DNA of 64,000 bases from Callorhinchus milii (GCF_018977255.1 NW_024704767.1:4898001-4962000); one strand, 5' to 3'; positions 1-12,417 are shown, counted from the first letter of the stretch. The notes: generated by a model not told the origin, from the letters alone. Translations and numbers: made by a program.

Positions 1-779
1 AAGACCATAATACATAAAACCAATTTATTTTACAACATTAATATAAAAAATATTTCAGAAAGCAATGAGCAGAACCACAAATTGAGACTTGGGCAGAAAT
101 GTTACGGTATGCGAGCAAGCATCATCTTTTTAAATCATAGTAATAACAGACTCATAAGTCACAAGTCTCTTAAACATACTTTAGGACAACCCCCCCCCCA
201 CCTCAATCCCACATGCAATGCAAAGCAATTATAATTTTATATCATACCTTGCTTACTTTCGACACTGTATAATGTAAAATATTTATTCCATGTACAAGTA
301 ATGAGGATAGATTATTAAGAGTAATGAACTAAAATGTTTTACCAATTGGGATTACATTTCAGAGAAAAGGGTCACATTTCCTGTAGAAATTCATAGGAAG
401 TTCTGTGGAATTCATACTGAATGTGGGAAGTTTCCTCTCTTTTTCCATTGCATTCTATCTGGAAATCCTCTGTATGATCTTATATTGGGGGAAAAACATC
501 TCATACTAATTATTTGTTTTGTCAAAATTTAACTAAGTGGAATTTCACTCCATGGGGGAACTGTGTGGCTAATCGTTAACACTGGGATTTAAATAAATAT
601 TAAAAAAGATAACAGTTTATTTTATGTCGATATCACTATATAGAATAGGTAAGATGAACAGTGCTCTTGCACAATTGAGTAGGGAGCAAATGCTATTGTA
701 AATTATTTCAAAGAAGCTTCAGTAGTTACATACATTATCTAAAGATTGTGATTTTAATTGTTTGTTCAAAGAAAAATTG

Positions 780-930
780 TATTCACAGCCAAGCCTGATC
801 GTATCCACTTTACTCGCAAAGTCCACTTTGGAACAGGAATCACTGGGAAGTGATTAGGAACCTGGCTGGCTTTTCGCTTCCTGACTGAGGGTCACTCCAG
901 TCAATTGCACTTACTGATTTTGCTAAAGTG
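780..930 (-). mobile_element. Old SINE-like family B fragment
   Basis: cacagccaagcctgatc...ggaacctggctggcttttc is the reverse complement of gaaaatcagccagggttcc...gatcaggctcagctgt at 39790-39985. Confidence 0.55.
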
Positions 931-1112
931 ATATTAGTAATTAAAGGAACAGGCTTAAATACTACAGTGTGCCACTACCTTGTTAGGTTGAGAAGTAGTG
1001 GTACTTGTGGAGCGGCTGTGTTCAAACCAGATTCAGACTGAGAAGAGATGAAAATATTTTCTGTCGTGTGGATGTAATCAGTTTTACGTAGGCTCGACCG
1101 AGTATCTTGTGG

Positions 1113-1189
1113 AAATAATAATAATAATAATTGTTGCATTTGATACAGCGCCTTATCACGTCTTCAAGACGTCTCAAAGGGTTTCGCAG
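1113..1189 (-). mobile_element. SINE/L2-type 3' tail fragment (family A)
   Basis: (aat)n + ttgcatttgatacagcgccttatcacgtcttcaagacgtctcaaag, reverse complement of the shared tail stem-loop. Confidence 0.85.
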
Positions 1190-1289
1190 TCTCACTGGGA
1201 GAGGCCACAGTATATCTAAAGTGGAAATGGAACATTTCTACGCAAAAAGGATCACCAAGAAAATCTAATACGGGCAAAATCAATTCAGA

Positions 1290-1410
1290 TAAAATGGAAA
1301 TAGGTAAGTAAATGGGGAATAAGGTTGGGAAATGGGAATCAAAGACCTTCCAATGATCTAATAAACTTCCAGAACAGGCTTGAGAAGCCTTCTCTTGTTC
1401 TCATGCTATG
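1290..1410 (+). mobile_element. CR1 LINE 3' end remnant
   Basis: atgatctaataaacttccagaacaggcttgagaagccttctcttgttc resembles CR1 3' UTR terminus. Confidence 0.45.
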
Positions 1411-1760
1411 CTAGTACAGTAGAAGTGGCCCAGGCAGATCGTTAGACCAGTTGATTTACATTTGATTGTGATACACTTGACCAGTGCTTAATTCTGGCAC
1501 TGATGCTTGGAATTGGAAAGTGCTCCGTTTCCAACTCCTGGCATTACTCACCTTGATGAGCACAAAATGAATAAAACATTGTGCTCAGCAGTAAGCCCTG
1601 TGTTTCTTTTTTATTTACAGATCATGTAGGCAGATCTAAAGACTGATGTGGGCAGTCTATGCCTATTTCTCTGCCAAGTATGCTAATGACGGTCGCTGTA
1701 AAAGTGATTGATGAAACATGTAGAATAGAATATATACTTCCTCCTTGATCTTATTCTTTT

Positions 1761-1956
1761 AAGAGAGAGGCAATTCCTTCTGGTGCCCCAGCCAACAAGC
1801 CCCCATAATATTGGTCAATTCACTTCACAGCTGTTTATGGGATATTGCTGTATAATAAAATCACATGGTCACTCGACGTTACAGTAAATTATGTGAAGTG
1901 CTTTGAGGCATCTTGCTAAGATGCAAGGCGCAAAATCAAATACAAGGATGATTATA
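1761..1956 (+). mobile_element. DeuSINE-like 3' half
   Basis: ggtgccccagccaac...gctgtttatgggatattgctgt...tgtgaagtgctttgaggc...caaatacaaggatgatt, colinear with 16450-16665. Confidence 0.7.
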
Positions 1957-2694
1957 TCATCTAAAAGACAAATATAAACTAAATCAGTTCAAAGTTCAGA
2001 TGGTTCTGACTATTGGAAAATCTACAATGGGTTCAAGATTTCCTAATTCATTGCATTTCAGTTACAGCAGTCATTGTAACAGTAAATGAATAGATGGAGC
2101 TTTATGAGATTATTATATTGGTAACAAGGGATGGTCTATTATGAAATACTTTGATTTAGTGACTGCATCCTGCAACATCTGCTAAGCAACAAACCTTAAC
2201 GGGGACTGATTCCACACCAACTTGTTCTGAAGATATTTTGCATCAAGTGGAAAATAATAATAAAAAACATAATAATCTTTTAAGTACAATTATTTTTAAA
2301 AGCATTATGCAAAGCTTAGATATACTGCACATACAAGTTAAACTTACTGTAAATGAAACAAAGGAGTTCTGAGTTAGTGTGATTCTGATCACTAAGCAAA
2401 GACGAAGGAACAGAACAGTTGAACTGCTTTTCTTTAATGCTTTTTGAGTTAAACGTTTGAGACATTCATGGTCACGTGTCTTGAAATTTGTGTGACAGTC
2501 TCAGAGCTCTGTGGGTGAATATACCCTGATGGGTTTTGTCATGCAAAACTCATCAAGGTTTGAACTGGTTGCATTCAACGATGTGCTTACGCCAAGCTTG
2601 CAACTCTAGGCACTCGGTGTCTGATGTTTGGCCTTCAAAGGCATTTTGAACCAATGCAATTAGGTTTTTTGTTTGGGGCTTTCCCCTCTCCTTT

Positions 2695-2990
2695 CAATTT
2701 CATCCCCTCCTCTTCAAAAGATGCTGATTCATGATGCTGTGCAGATTCACAGGTGTCAACCAACTTCTGTGTACAGCGCCCAAATTGCAGACCTGCGTGT
2801 GTGAGCTCAGGTAGTCCCTGTCTACAGGCGATTTGTCCATTAGGACATATCACAACCAAACCCAAAGAGCACACCGTTTTACTAGGCGGCAATCTGAAGT
2901 AGAGAATCTGGTCAGTTGTGATGTTGATAACTCAGCACAGACTGGGGACTGAACCAGCTACTAATGTGGCTCAGTTTCACTCTCATTGCA
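2695..2990 (-). mobile_element. Family B SINE-like element (3' end plus 5' head, internal deletion)
   Basis: cctcctcttcaaaagatgctgattcatg matches the reverse complement of 19827-19856; aactcagcacagactggggactgaacc matches the head at 37251-37275. Confidence 0.55.
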
Positions 2991-3689
2991 GTTTTGCAGC
3001 TTTGACTACGGTTTACAAGGACATTCGGGTTGACACAATTTTGTTGCCTGTCACTTTAAGTAAAGCACTTTGGAAAAAGCATGTCTCTGGGGAGGGAGCG
3101 ATAACTTTGATCAAGGACTGAATCTTCTTCCTTTAAAATGAGGGATTGTGTCTTTGTTTGCTGAATGTAAATATTAGACCTACTGTAATTCCCATTGTAC
3201 CACTGAGTCTTTGATCCAAACAACAAGTGGGTATTTAACAACAAACATGCAGTGTCTGGGTCAGATTGTCCACAACTGGAACACAGGTGATTGTTCATTA
3301 TTCCCAAGCACAGAGTAGGGGGGTGATTCTCCACAGGTCAAGTAAATGTACTGATCCTGATGTGAGTTTATAATGGGATTTCCCCACCACCCACCCCCAT
3401 ACACAAGCAAAATACTTCATCTCCACCACTATGAAGCATCAGAGAATCAATCCCCCCGCCCCACTCCCCATCCCCATGTCCCTGGAGATATGAATGTTGT
3501 TGGATGTGTAACATGATATAATCTACGTACCACTGAATATCATTGAATACTATTATTTGAAGAAAATATAATACATCTTTCTGAGAACATTGCCTCTGTG
3601 TATAAAGAGCTTAAAATGATTTCCATGAGTAAATCAAGTTACGTTTCATGAGTAGACGAGTGGTCAAGACATTGTTGCTGTTGTTCACA

Positions 3690-3927
3690 AGGTTATTTGA
3701 AAAGAAAAGGCAATTTCTCCCAATGTCGTGGCCATCAACTGGAAATCCACTGAAAAAAATTGATCCTTCGCTTGGTACGTGGGATATTGTTGTGCACAAA
3801 TTGGCTTCTACATCTGCCTACAAATATGTATTAATTTGACAGCAATTTCTGCTTAGTACCTGTGAAGCATTTTGAGATATTTTGACGTTACAGGCGTTAC
3901 GTCAAACACAGGGATATTATTATTATT
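3690..3927 (+). mobile_element. DeuSINE-like 3' half
   Basis: ttatttgaaaagaaaaggcaatttctcccaatgtcgtggcc...gtgggatattgttgtgcacaaattggc...tgtgaagcattttgaga...(att)n. Confidence 0.75.
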
Positions 3928-4589
3928 GCCATATTGAGGACTTCACTCTGTTCAGTTGAACTACAGCTGACACCCAATGAAATCTCTGCACCTTAAAGAA
4001 GCCTCTGAGAAAGTCATTTGCTAAGTTTGTGAAAAAGGCTTAGAGTTTAAACTGTAACATTGAGCTAAACCAACATTCTCTGAACTAGCTCCGAAATGCT
4101 GGGACATGGGAGGTGGCATAATCAACAACATCACTGACTCAAAGGTTGAGTCTCCCAAGACTTTTGCAGGCATTTTAAGCGTTAATATCAAGAACAAAGT
4201 AATGTTAACAACAAAATAAGAAAATTGTAAGGAACAGTGTCAATGGACAGGATGATCCACCCCTTATCCCATTGGAGGTCACAGCAAGTATATCCCTCGG
4301 CTCCTATCAGTGAGGATTGAATAATATCTTTTTTGTATTTTCTGCAAATGCAGAATGTAATGCATTAACTGATGAAAATCTTCGTGTACTTCCAAACGAC
4401 CTTGTTTAATTTAATAGAATGTGTGGGATTAACAGAACACCAGCTTTACAAAGTCTGACAATTTGGGGCAGCAAAGTGAAATGGTGAAGAGAACCCAGCT
4501 GTGTGTTGGAGAATGCAATGTTTTTTAGCTTTTGTGTTTTTCAAAAAAAACAGCTCTTATGTGTCTGTGAAAGGATTACCACACCTTTC

Positions 4590-4870
4590 GATTTACTGAT
4601 TTACAGATTCAAGGATAATTTAACTGCTCTACAGCTTCATGATCACTATTAATATCCAAGAATAAGCGGAGGAAGGCCACAAGAATACATCAGATTTAGC
4701 AGTCAGTGACAGTTGGGTGGTGATGAAATGCGCTGTGAGACAGCCATTAATTATGGCCCAGCATATGTGATTTACTGCAGAACAAAAGAATAATTTTCTA
4801 CTTTCAGTAGGTGAGACGTAAAACAGTAAGTCGAGAGAGGGTTTGTTCTGAGCTGTCAGGAGCTTCATTT
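4590..4870. promoter_or_regulatory. Candidate PBX-HOX/MEIS enhancer (CNE-like)
   Basis: TGATTTAC at 4597 and 4768, TGACAG at 4707, CTGTCA at 4853, near-palindrome GCCATTAATTATGGC at 4743; repeat-free. Confidence 0.4.
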
Positions 4871-5419
4871 TAAATATCTGCAGAGACTGAAAGATTAATG
4901 CATGGGGAAGGGGGCATCAAATGAGGCATTTGACAACTAAGAAATATGTTTTTCCCCTACGTTTTTGCACAGTGTCAGGATCTCCCAGGTCAGACAATAA
5001 AGGATAAAGGTTCTCCTTAACTCTGCCAATAAATGACATTATTGTTGCTGTACCAGAAATATTTCCATTGCACATCAACAAGGGGAAAAAAACAAAGCAT
5101 ATTTCTGCTCCCCGCCCCACATTAATCATCTCCATCTCTGAGTGAGGTTGCCAGGTTCTCTTGTACTATAATCATCAGTGCAGGCTCTGGCAATGAGGAA
5201 CTGGGTTGAAAGTAGCCCAAGTGATTTCACCTTTGACCTTTAATGCTGTCAGTGAAAGGAAGTGTTAATCCTATCAACCTGTGTTTGATTCAAACCTTGG
5301 CTCAGAGTTGAAATTCCTTCTTGAAAAAGGTATGCTTTGGGGGGGGTGGGGTACAAGGAAAGGGACCAAGATTGTTCAGGAACTCAGCGCTTTAAGTGAA
5401 AAAGAGAGACTTGCAGAGC

Positions 5420-5720
5420 GGGATTTTAATTAGAGAATTAAAGGATGGGGGTTTGGGATTGACATGATCCAGCTCTTTTAAAATGTGGAGAGTAACAACT
5501 AATTTGGGTGTAAGCGGACTGTTTAACTTGGACTAAAAAGGGTATGATCAGAAGATTTGAGTTTAACGAGCCTAAAACAAAAGTAGATTGCTTCTCATGA
5601 AGTGGTTGATCCATGGAACAACACACCAAAAAATGTTTGGTGCTATTGATTCTGAAACCCCTTCAAAACATGAGTAAACATTTGTTGTCAAATAGCTTTG
5701 TGGAGTTAGAGAAACATGGT
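5420..5720 (+). mobile_element. CR1 ORF2 C-terminal remnant
   Basis: gacatgatccagctctttaaaatg (~DLIQVFKM) and ttctcatgaagtggttgatccatggaac (~FFSxRVVxxWN), frameshifted. Confidence 0.45.
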
Positions 5721-5925
5721 GTGCTTCTATTTCATGGGACACAATGATTTCTGTGCTGCTTCAGGATGGGGGAATGGAAGGTAGGAGATCACGGTTGGAT
5801 GTGCTGGAGGGTTTTATTGCTTGCACAAAGAAGGTTAAACTGCAGGGTGTGGTACCAGGCAAAATTGTTGCTTCAATGAATATTTTATTAAAAATACACA
5901 ATAATGTGGACATATGACTGCAGGT

Positions 5926-5980
5926 TTGCATTTGATATAGTGCCTTGTCACATCATCGAGACATCTCAAAGCGCTTCACA
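5926..5980 (-). mobile_element. Family A tail fragment
   Basis: ttgcatttgatatagtgccttgtcacatcatcgagacatctcaaagcgcttcaca. Confidence 0.8.
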
Positions 5981-7180
5981 AGATAAACTGGAAAGTGGCA
6001 CACAAAGTGCTATATAAATGTAAGTAATTGATAATATTATCAATTTCAAGAGATTTTCTTGTGACTGATATACAAAATTGTTTGGTCCCAAATGGGCCTG
6101 ATGTCTTTCTTGGATTTCCCCCCATCCCTAAATGGTATCCCTGTCCTAAAAGCAACAGCACAGCAGCTGAATAGATGAGATGCCTATTTTAGCCCATGTT
6201 AGCCATTTGGATGAATTTATTATTGAAGCTAAGTAATCATATGAGGAACATACAAGAATCAGTTTTAATTTGTGCTGCATATTCTGCTTTACCTCCACTG
6301 TAAATGCACTGGTCACTGAAACATCTATAATACTACTAGAATAAAGGAACTTTGTGAAATGTCTTGTACAAAGAACAAGAGGTAACTAATGGTGTTTTCA
6401 TTCTTCTGTATTTTTCTTGGCTTTTCCTGATAAACTACTTGTACTCGTAAATCTTTCTCATTAGCAGTCGACTTAATTAGTCAACTGAAATAAATTACTG
6501 TAAGAGAGAACAGATTCAAACAGTAGACACTGATAAAGTGTGAGCCCACTGAAGGCCAAATTATTCCTTTGTACCTTTACTGACATTTCTCTTGAAATAA
6601 TAATAATTCTCGTAAGTCAGTAGCTCTTCAGAGTTGCCGCTAAATGTTTTATGAAAGCCTTCCAATGTAAAACATGAGATAGGCGAGTGCAGCAGTGTTT
6701 CACCAGATGTTTAAATCAGCTTTATTAACAGTCAGGAAGACAATCTTGCCTGTTTTATTTGCAGAATATCTTTAACATAAAGGTTGCATTTTGAAAAACA
6801 TGCAATTCGGCTTTGTTGTTACTTAAATATCTTTGATGTTCAAGCTTCATCCAACAATGTTCGGTGGAAATCCCTGCTGCATTGATCTGACTTTTGTCTC
6901 CCCCCCTCCCCAGTCATTTCAGCTAATTTATCAATAACTGTTGTAAAAGGAATAAGAATTTTTAAATTAAAATTTTAATTTCCAATGAATTCCACCCAAT
7001 ATTTCAAGTGTATTTTTACTTTAGCAACCTTCCAACAGGCAGCCATTGCTGACCGAGAGGCTTGGAATCCATGGCCTCGATAGTGCACTGGAACAGACTT
7101 GAAGAAAGTTTGGAAAGTGCATCATCCTGATGTTCAGCTGACATTGAGAATCAAGATTGAGAGACTCAACTGCATCTTGA

Positions 7181-7503
7181 TAATAATAATAATAATAATA
7201 ATCCTTGCGTTTGATATAGCGCTTTTAACGTCGGGAGGACGTCCCAAAGCGCTTCACAGAACACACTGTAAAGTGAATTGACTGTATATTTGTGGGCGAA
7301 CGCGGCAGCCAATTGCGCACAGCAATGTCCCACAAACAGTCGTTCATTGAAAATGACCAATTTATTATTGTTTTTGGTTTTGGAGGGATTATTATTAGGC
7401 GTGTGGAGTAAGGAAACTTGCCCAAGGTTTCGCCCTGCCTGGAATTGAACTCCGGTCTCTCGCTTGCAAAGCGAGTGCTCTAACCACTGAGCTACAGGAC
7501 TCC
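7181..7503 (-). mobile_element. Young full-length tRNA-Ala-derived SINE (SINE2-1_CM-like)
   Basis: Minus strand: A box TAGCTCAGTGG, anticodon arm CTCGC-TTTGCAA-GCGAG (TGC), B box GAGTTCAATTCC, tail stem-loop and (ATT)n; near-identical to 25651-25971; CpGs intact. Confidence 0.95.
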
Positions 7504-7759
7504 ACGATGTGTTGTCTTCTGGCGAGAGTGTGCCTCCAATATGTTGAGCTGCAGTCCATTGGCATCAGTCCTCTGAATGAGTTTAAGACGTTTCATTCTA
7601 ATGTTTCAGTAAAACATTCATGTCAGATAAAAAGTGAAATTTGGTATTTGTTTCCTGGTCAATCTTCATCAGGTTTTACACTTTCTAATGTGATTTCCTG
7701 ATGTTGACTGCACAGTGTTCTTCCTCCCTCTCTTTATTTCCCTCCCCTGGTTGCAACTG

Positions 7760-8120
7760 CAGTATTTATAAAACCAGATCTCAGACAATGAAAGGATTGT
7801 TATTAATGAAGCAACGTGCTGGTTGGTTGTCAGCACTTTGACTGTATTAAACGGAGGCATTACAATTTCCTGCCGATTAGATTATCTTAAATTACATTAA
7901 TTTAGACAATTAGAAACTAGACGTGATATTATGTAACAAGTCGGGTTATCGAGTCCACAGAGTTTGTAATAATGTGTGGCTTTAATAATAGATTGGTGTG
8001 TGCTTTGTCGTGCTTTTGTGTAGGATTGTGCACAACGCCTTTAATCATTTACCTTCAATGAACTACATTTTTGTCTTTGTAACCGAAAGCCATACATACG
8101 TGTAATTGATTCAATGCTAG
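7760..8120. promoter_or_regulatory. CNE-like block
   Basis: Repeat-free, dense TAAT/ATTA and SOX-like ACAAT/ATTGT motifs, several retained CpGs. Confidence 0.3.
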
Positions 8121-11009
8121 ACTAAAAGTGATGACTTTCTCCCCCACTACTTATCCCCCGCCCCAAAACAAATATGGAATTAATAAAATAATCCTTGTTT
8201 CACTTACAATATAGAACAATTGTCCACAATCATTCTGCAGTTTGTATGGGTCATCTAAACACCTAATCGGTTCAATCAGGCAGATCGCTCTTAAATGTTT
8301 TTACATTATTCTGTTGCAAAAGTCCCAGCTGGATGGATTGTTTTTCCTTGCATTGTACCTGCTCATGATTAATATATACAGCAACATTTATATCTTTATA
8401 TTTAAAGAAAGGCTAATTGACAGCCCCTGACGATGGGGGGCGTTTCTAACTTTCTCTCAGAACATTTCAGCTGAAGACTGTTTAACGATGCATGAATATG
8501 TAAAACCTTGACTGGATCTAATCACTGAAAACCGATCTCAATAACTTCTGATCATTATTCAAGAAGCAATGCTAAAAATAATAATAAATTGTCCATTCGA
8601 TATCAAACCGCTTTGCAAATATTAAAAATACAAACAAAACTGGTCAATAATACATGAACTTGTATGCAATCTCTTGTTTTGGAAGCAAAGCCCATGCCCA
8701 TTTAGTTGAAAGAAATTCACTGGCAAGAAATAATTGGATGTCTCCGGTGAGTAAAAAATGGTATTTGTGCAGCTTAAAGTGAGTTTCTGAAACCCAGATG
8801 ACAAAGCAAGAGCTGTCAGGGTTGAGGAAATACACACTTTCAGGATGCATGATATCTACAGAGCTTTCACAATAACAACATTCTCCTACATTCACGTTTG
8901 TCTATTCCTAGGATTATAAGAAATCAGGAGCAAGAAAGGTTCATTTAACTTATTCCTCCCACCCACTAGCTTTTTACAATTAACCCTATCAGTCTGTATT
9001 CATCTTATTTAATTTCCCTAGGGAAACCTGCAACATTTTTCTGCCTTGCCCCAATGGTCATCAGGTCAAACTCCAGTATCTGGCTATCCTTAAACCAGCC
9101 TTCTTCATCCATGACCTCCTGGTTTCAAATCAATGATTGAGCAAAAACCTGATGTATTTATTGGCCGGTTAGAAGTCATGACTAGTTCCTAGTTTTTTTA
9201 AAAAAATTGGATTTGAGAATGCATTCATCATGTTTAGTTGTGGGCATGTAGAAAAAAAGTATCAAATGTAAATAATGTTTTGCTCTCAACCATCTACTGA
9301 TGGTGATGACAACGTAATAGTTAGGCTGTCAATAATAAGGAACTGAACTGATTCTCATTTCTTTTTTTCTTTCTTGAATTATTTCCTTCAGTAAAAGGAC
9401 CAGAACTAATACAATAGAGCCGTATTCAAGATGATAGAAAAGCACTTTTTTCACAAAACATTGTTTTCTGAAAAGACACAACTAACCTACTCACTTTAAT
9501 CTCGCCCTTTGCTAATGGCTGAGGCAAGGGAATGAAAATCTAGGTTGCTGTGTTTATTTGTAAATTCTTAAATTCTTATCTCGATTACTAGAAGCACTTC
9601 ATGAGTGCTTTTCACTTCACTGAGGGACAGATTTCCTTTGAATATGGGCATGCTTTGAACTTACTCTGCTTCGTGTTTGGAATGATTTATCACAGTAATA
9701 ATTGAAGGGAGATAGCTGAAACTCCCCCTTGAGGGAGGCAAGACACTATGAGGACAAGTTACTAGGTGGATGCTTGGGGGTGGGGTTAATAATGGAATTG
9801 GTCAGGTAAGCCAAACAGCTCACAAACAAGAAGGAAAGTAATAGTTTCAAAGACCCTCAAAAAAAGACACTGAACATAATTCACAATTAGCCGTTTCACG
9901 AGTCTAGCAAATCAGATCCCAGTCCAGACATGCTGATCTGAACCAAGGTTCACAAATCATTGTGAAAGGCCTCTTTGACTTGCACTGAGGTGTCTTTCAT
10001 TATTCAAGTCATACAGGTCTGGAGGGCAACGGTATTCAATTTGAACATTAACATGCTAGAAAGTAAGTCTGGTGCCCAGAGATCACCAGCAGGGGCAGCA
10101 CAATAGGCCTCCTGTAGAACCTGGCAGGAGGTTTGTAAAACCTTTCTGTAACATCCAGAAAATAACAAAGCAAAACCTGGCCTTCAACCTTCAGGCAATG
10201 AAGACTTTGTGGGGTGTTTTGAACAATTCAAAGACGATGTACAGCTACAAGAAGCTGTGACTTCAAGAAAGAGGGACTGAGGACGAAATGTGGATAAATA
10301 ATGACCTGATTGCTGGTGGTAGTGAATTTCCCATTCTGTGTCTATGGCCTGAGATTCCATTGAGTTTTAGCCTGTAACTTTGTTTAGCTTGAACATTAGG
10401 ATTCCAGAGAACTATGGAAAATCCTTACATTCGTTTTTAATTTGGAAGCTTTTTTTAAGAGAAGTATTGAAAGATCAGCATCTGAATGTCAGAATTTCTC
10501 AGCATTCCGTACACTCTTAAATATTAAGACGAGATGGCCTTTGCAGGTTGAGACCAGATGGAATATCAGGTCCGCAATTCAAATTTGTACTTGGAAATCC
10601 ACAGATGTCGAGTTCCTGATTGTGGCTGCGCTGTTCAGGAAAAGCTGCAGAAGAAAGGAAAGGCTGAGGAAACCCTAGGCTTCTTTTGTACAACTTTAAG
10701 CAGTTGTCTCAAGGACAAAATTGGCAGGAGTTGTGGCTAATCTCAGTGGAATACACTGACTTTTGGCAATGGGTACCAAACATGGGATTTCCTGATAAGT
10801 GAAGGATAACTCGTAATGTTGAGCTGGAAAGAAAGAGAAGAAAGGAATTACTTAGAAGTATGTTTCAGACCAAGGGGATAAAGAACATTTTTAGTATTTA
10901 ACCAAACCCAGAGATGGATGGTATCAGACACTGGTTTGGTCAAATAAATTCAAATGATGCAAATTTTCATGTCAGATCAACATAAATTGATCCATGAACA
11001 AATTGGTCA

Positions 11010-11105
11010 ATAATGATGATAATTAACAATCCTTCATTTAATATGGTGCCCTATTATGTCATCAAGACATTTGAAAAATCTGTAATGACTGTGTATTTGC
11101 AGGCA
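11010..11105 (-). mobile_element. Decayed family A tail
   Basis: aatccttcatttaatatggtgccctattatgtcatcaagacat...tgactgtgtatttgcaggc. Confidence 0.6.
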
Positions 11106-11715
11106 TTTGCAATCATTCATAAAATAGCAGAAAGTACACATTCAAATACTGGCCTGAGCATTTAGCTAATTTTGCCCTTTTAGTTCACACTGACTGTTCA
11201 TGTGCATGTTTTCCTGATAACATTTTGATTATGTTTCAAATGATGTAGCATCATTGGGCTCTAATTCGTGATAGTCACAAACTGAATTAGTTGTGATAAA
11301 TACAACTTCCGGTTTGGGTAATCCCAAAGGGGCAAAGTCTGAAAACTGACCTGCGGTCAAAATGTACAGTGCTTCTCACCAGCATCAGCCTGAAAAGTTT
11401 AGTACGACCACAGTTGTAGAAAACCACCAAAGATCCCACTACAATACAGCACGTTCTGTATCACAGAAGCAGTTACACCTCAAGTGCATGATTTTGAATT
11501 GTAATTGAGTCTCACTTCCCTTGATGTTGGTATTATCTGATTATGACCACTTGTGAAGGTAGGTTCTTATTCTTTTGTATAGAGCTTACTTGACCCACTG
11601 AACTGTTCCTTCTGTAAAATAAAAAAGAAGATAGAAGGCAAACAGTGGAAATTTATGTGAAGAAACATAACTATAAACATGTCAAAAGGACAAATGCTAA
11701 AAAATAGTCACAAGA

Positions 11716-11790
11716 AATAATAATACTTGCATTTGATAGAGCGCGTTGCCATGTTCAAATGTCTCAGAGCACTTTACAAGCCTTTCTGCA
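11716..11790 (-). mobile_element. Family A tail fragment
   Basis: aataataatacttgcatttgatagagcgcg...tgtctcagagcacttta. Confidence 0.7.
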
Positions 11791-12007
11791 AAGTATTTTT
11801 GTAGAGAACTAACTGACAGTGATTTAAAGATTGTCACATTTTTTATGAGATATAAACTGCTTCATTGCTTCCAGTGGAGTAAGATAATGTTTTGTAATAA
11901 AACTCACAAATACATTAAAGGCTATAGCTTCCTGCTTCATCTGAATCTCTGCTCTTAATGTAATCTTGCATGCAGAAAAATAAGAAACTATGATTAGATA
12001 ACTATGA

Positions 12008-12268
12008 TAAGTTTCCTTACTCCACACACCTCTGTTTACCTAGCAGTAAGTAGGCAACCGGTTGTTAGTCGATTGGATCACTTTTCCGCGGATAATAATC
12101 CTTAAAAAAAATTTGTTCACTTCAATCAACGATTGTTTGTGGACACTGCTGTGCGCAATTGGTTGCCGCGTTTCACCTACAAATATACAGTCAATTCACT
12201 TTACAGTATATTCTGTGAAACGCTTTGAAACGTCTCAAAGCAATATCAAATACAAGGATTATTATTGT
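12008..12268 (+). mobile_element. 5'-truncated long variant of the tRNA-Ala SINE with extra core segment
   Basis: aagtttccttactccacac shared with the young SINE, then ~60 extra nt (ctgtttacctagcagtaagtagg...), then ataataatcc and the standard tail. Confidence 0.85.
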
Positions 12269-12417
12269 TATAGATCACATTCCTGTCGATTTGTTTCTTA
12301 TAGATAAAAGTAAATTTTTGTTATAAATTTATACGTCCAAATTGACTCCTATAAGATATTATTGTGAATCCAGAACAAAGTTACATAAATTACAGGCAGG
12401 TTAAATTGTCACAATTT

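Larger units (their letters stand above)
1000..1580 (+). mobile_element. Very old LF-SINE-like element split by younger insertions
   Basis: gttcaaaccagattcagactg head-like piece, agtctcactgggagaggccacag middle, and 3' end caccttgatgagcacaaaa, which resembles 19390-19520; family call from recalled consensus only. Confidence 0.3.

Noticed and set aside
10085-10100. CTCF-like CCAGCAGGGGCAGC
   Set aside because: One G short in the invariant core spacing.
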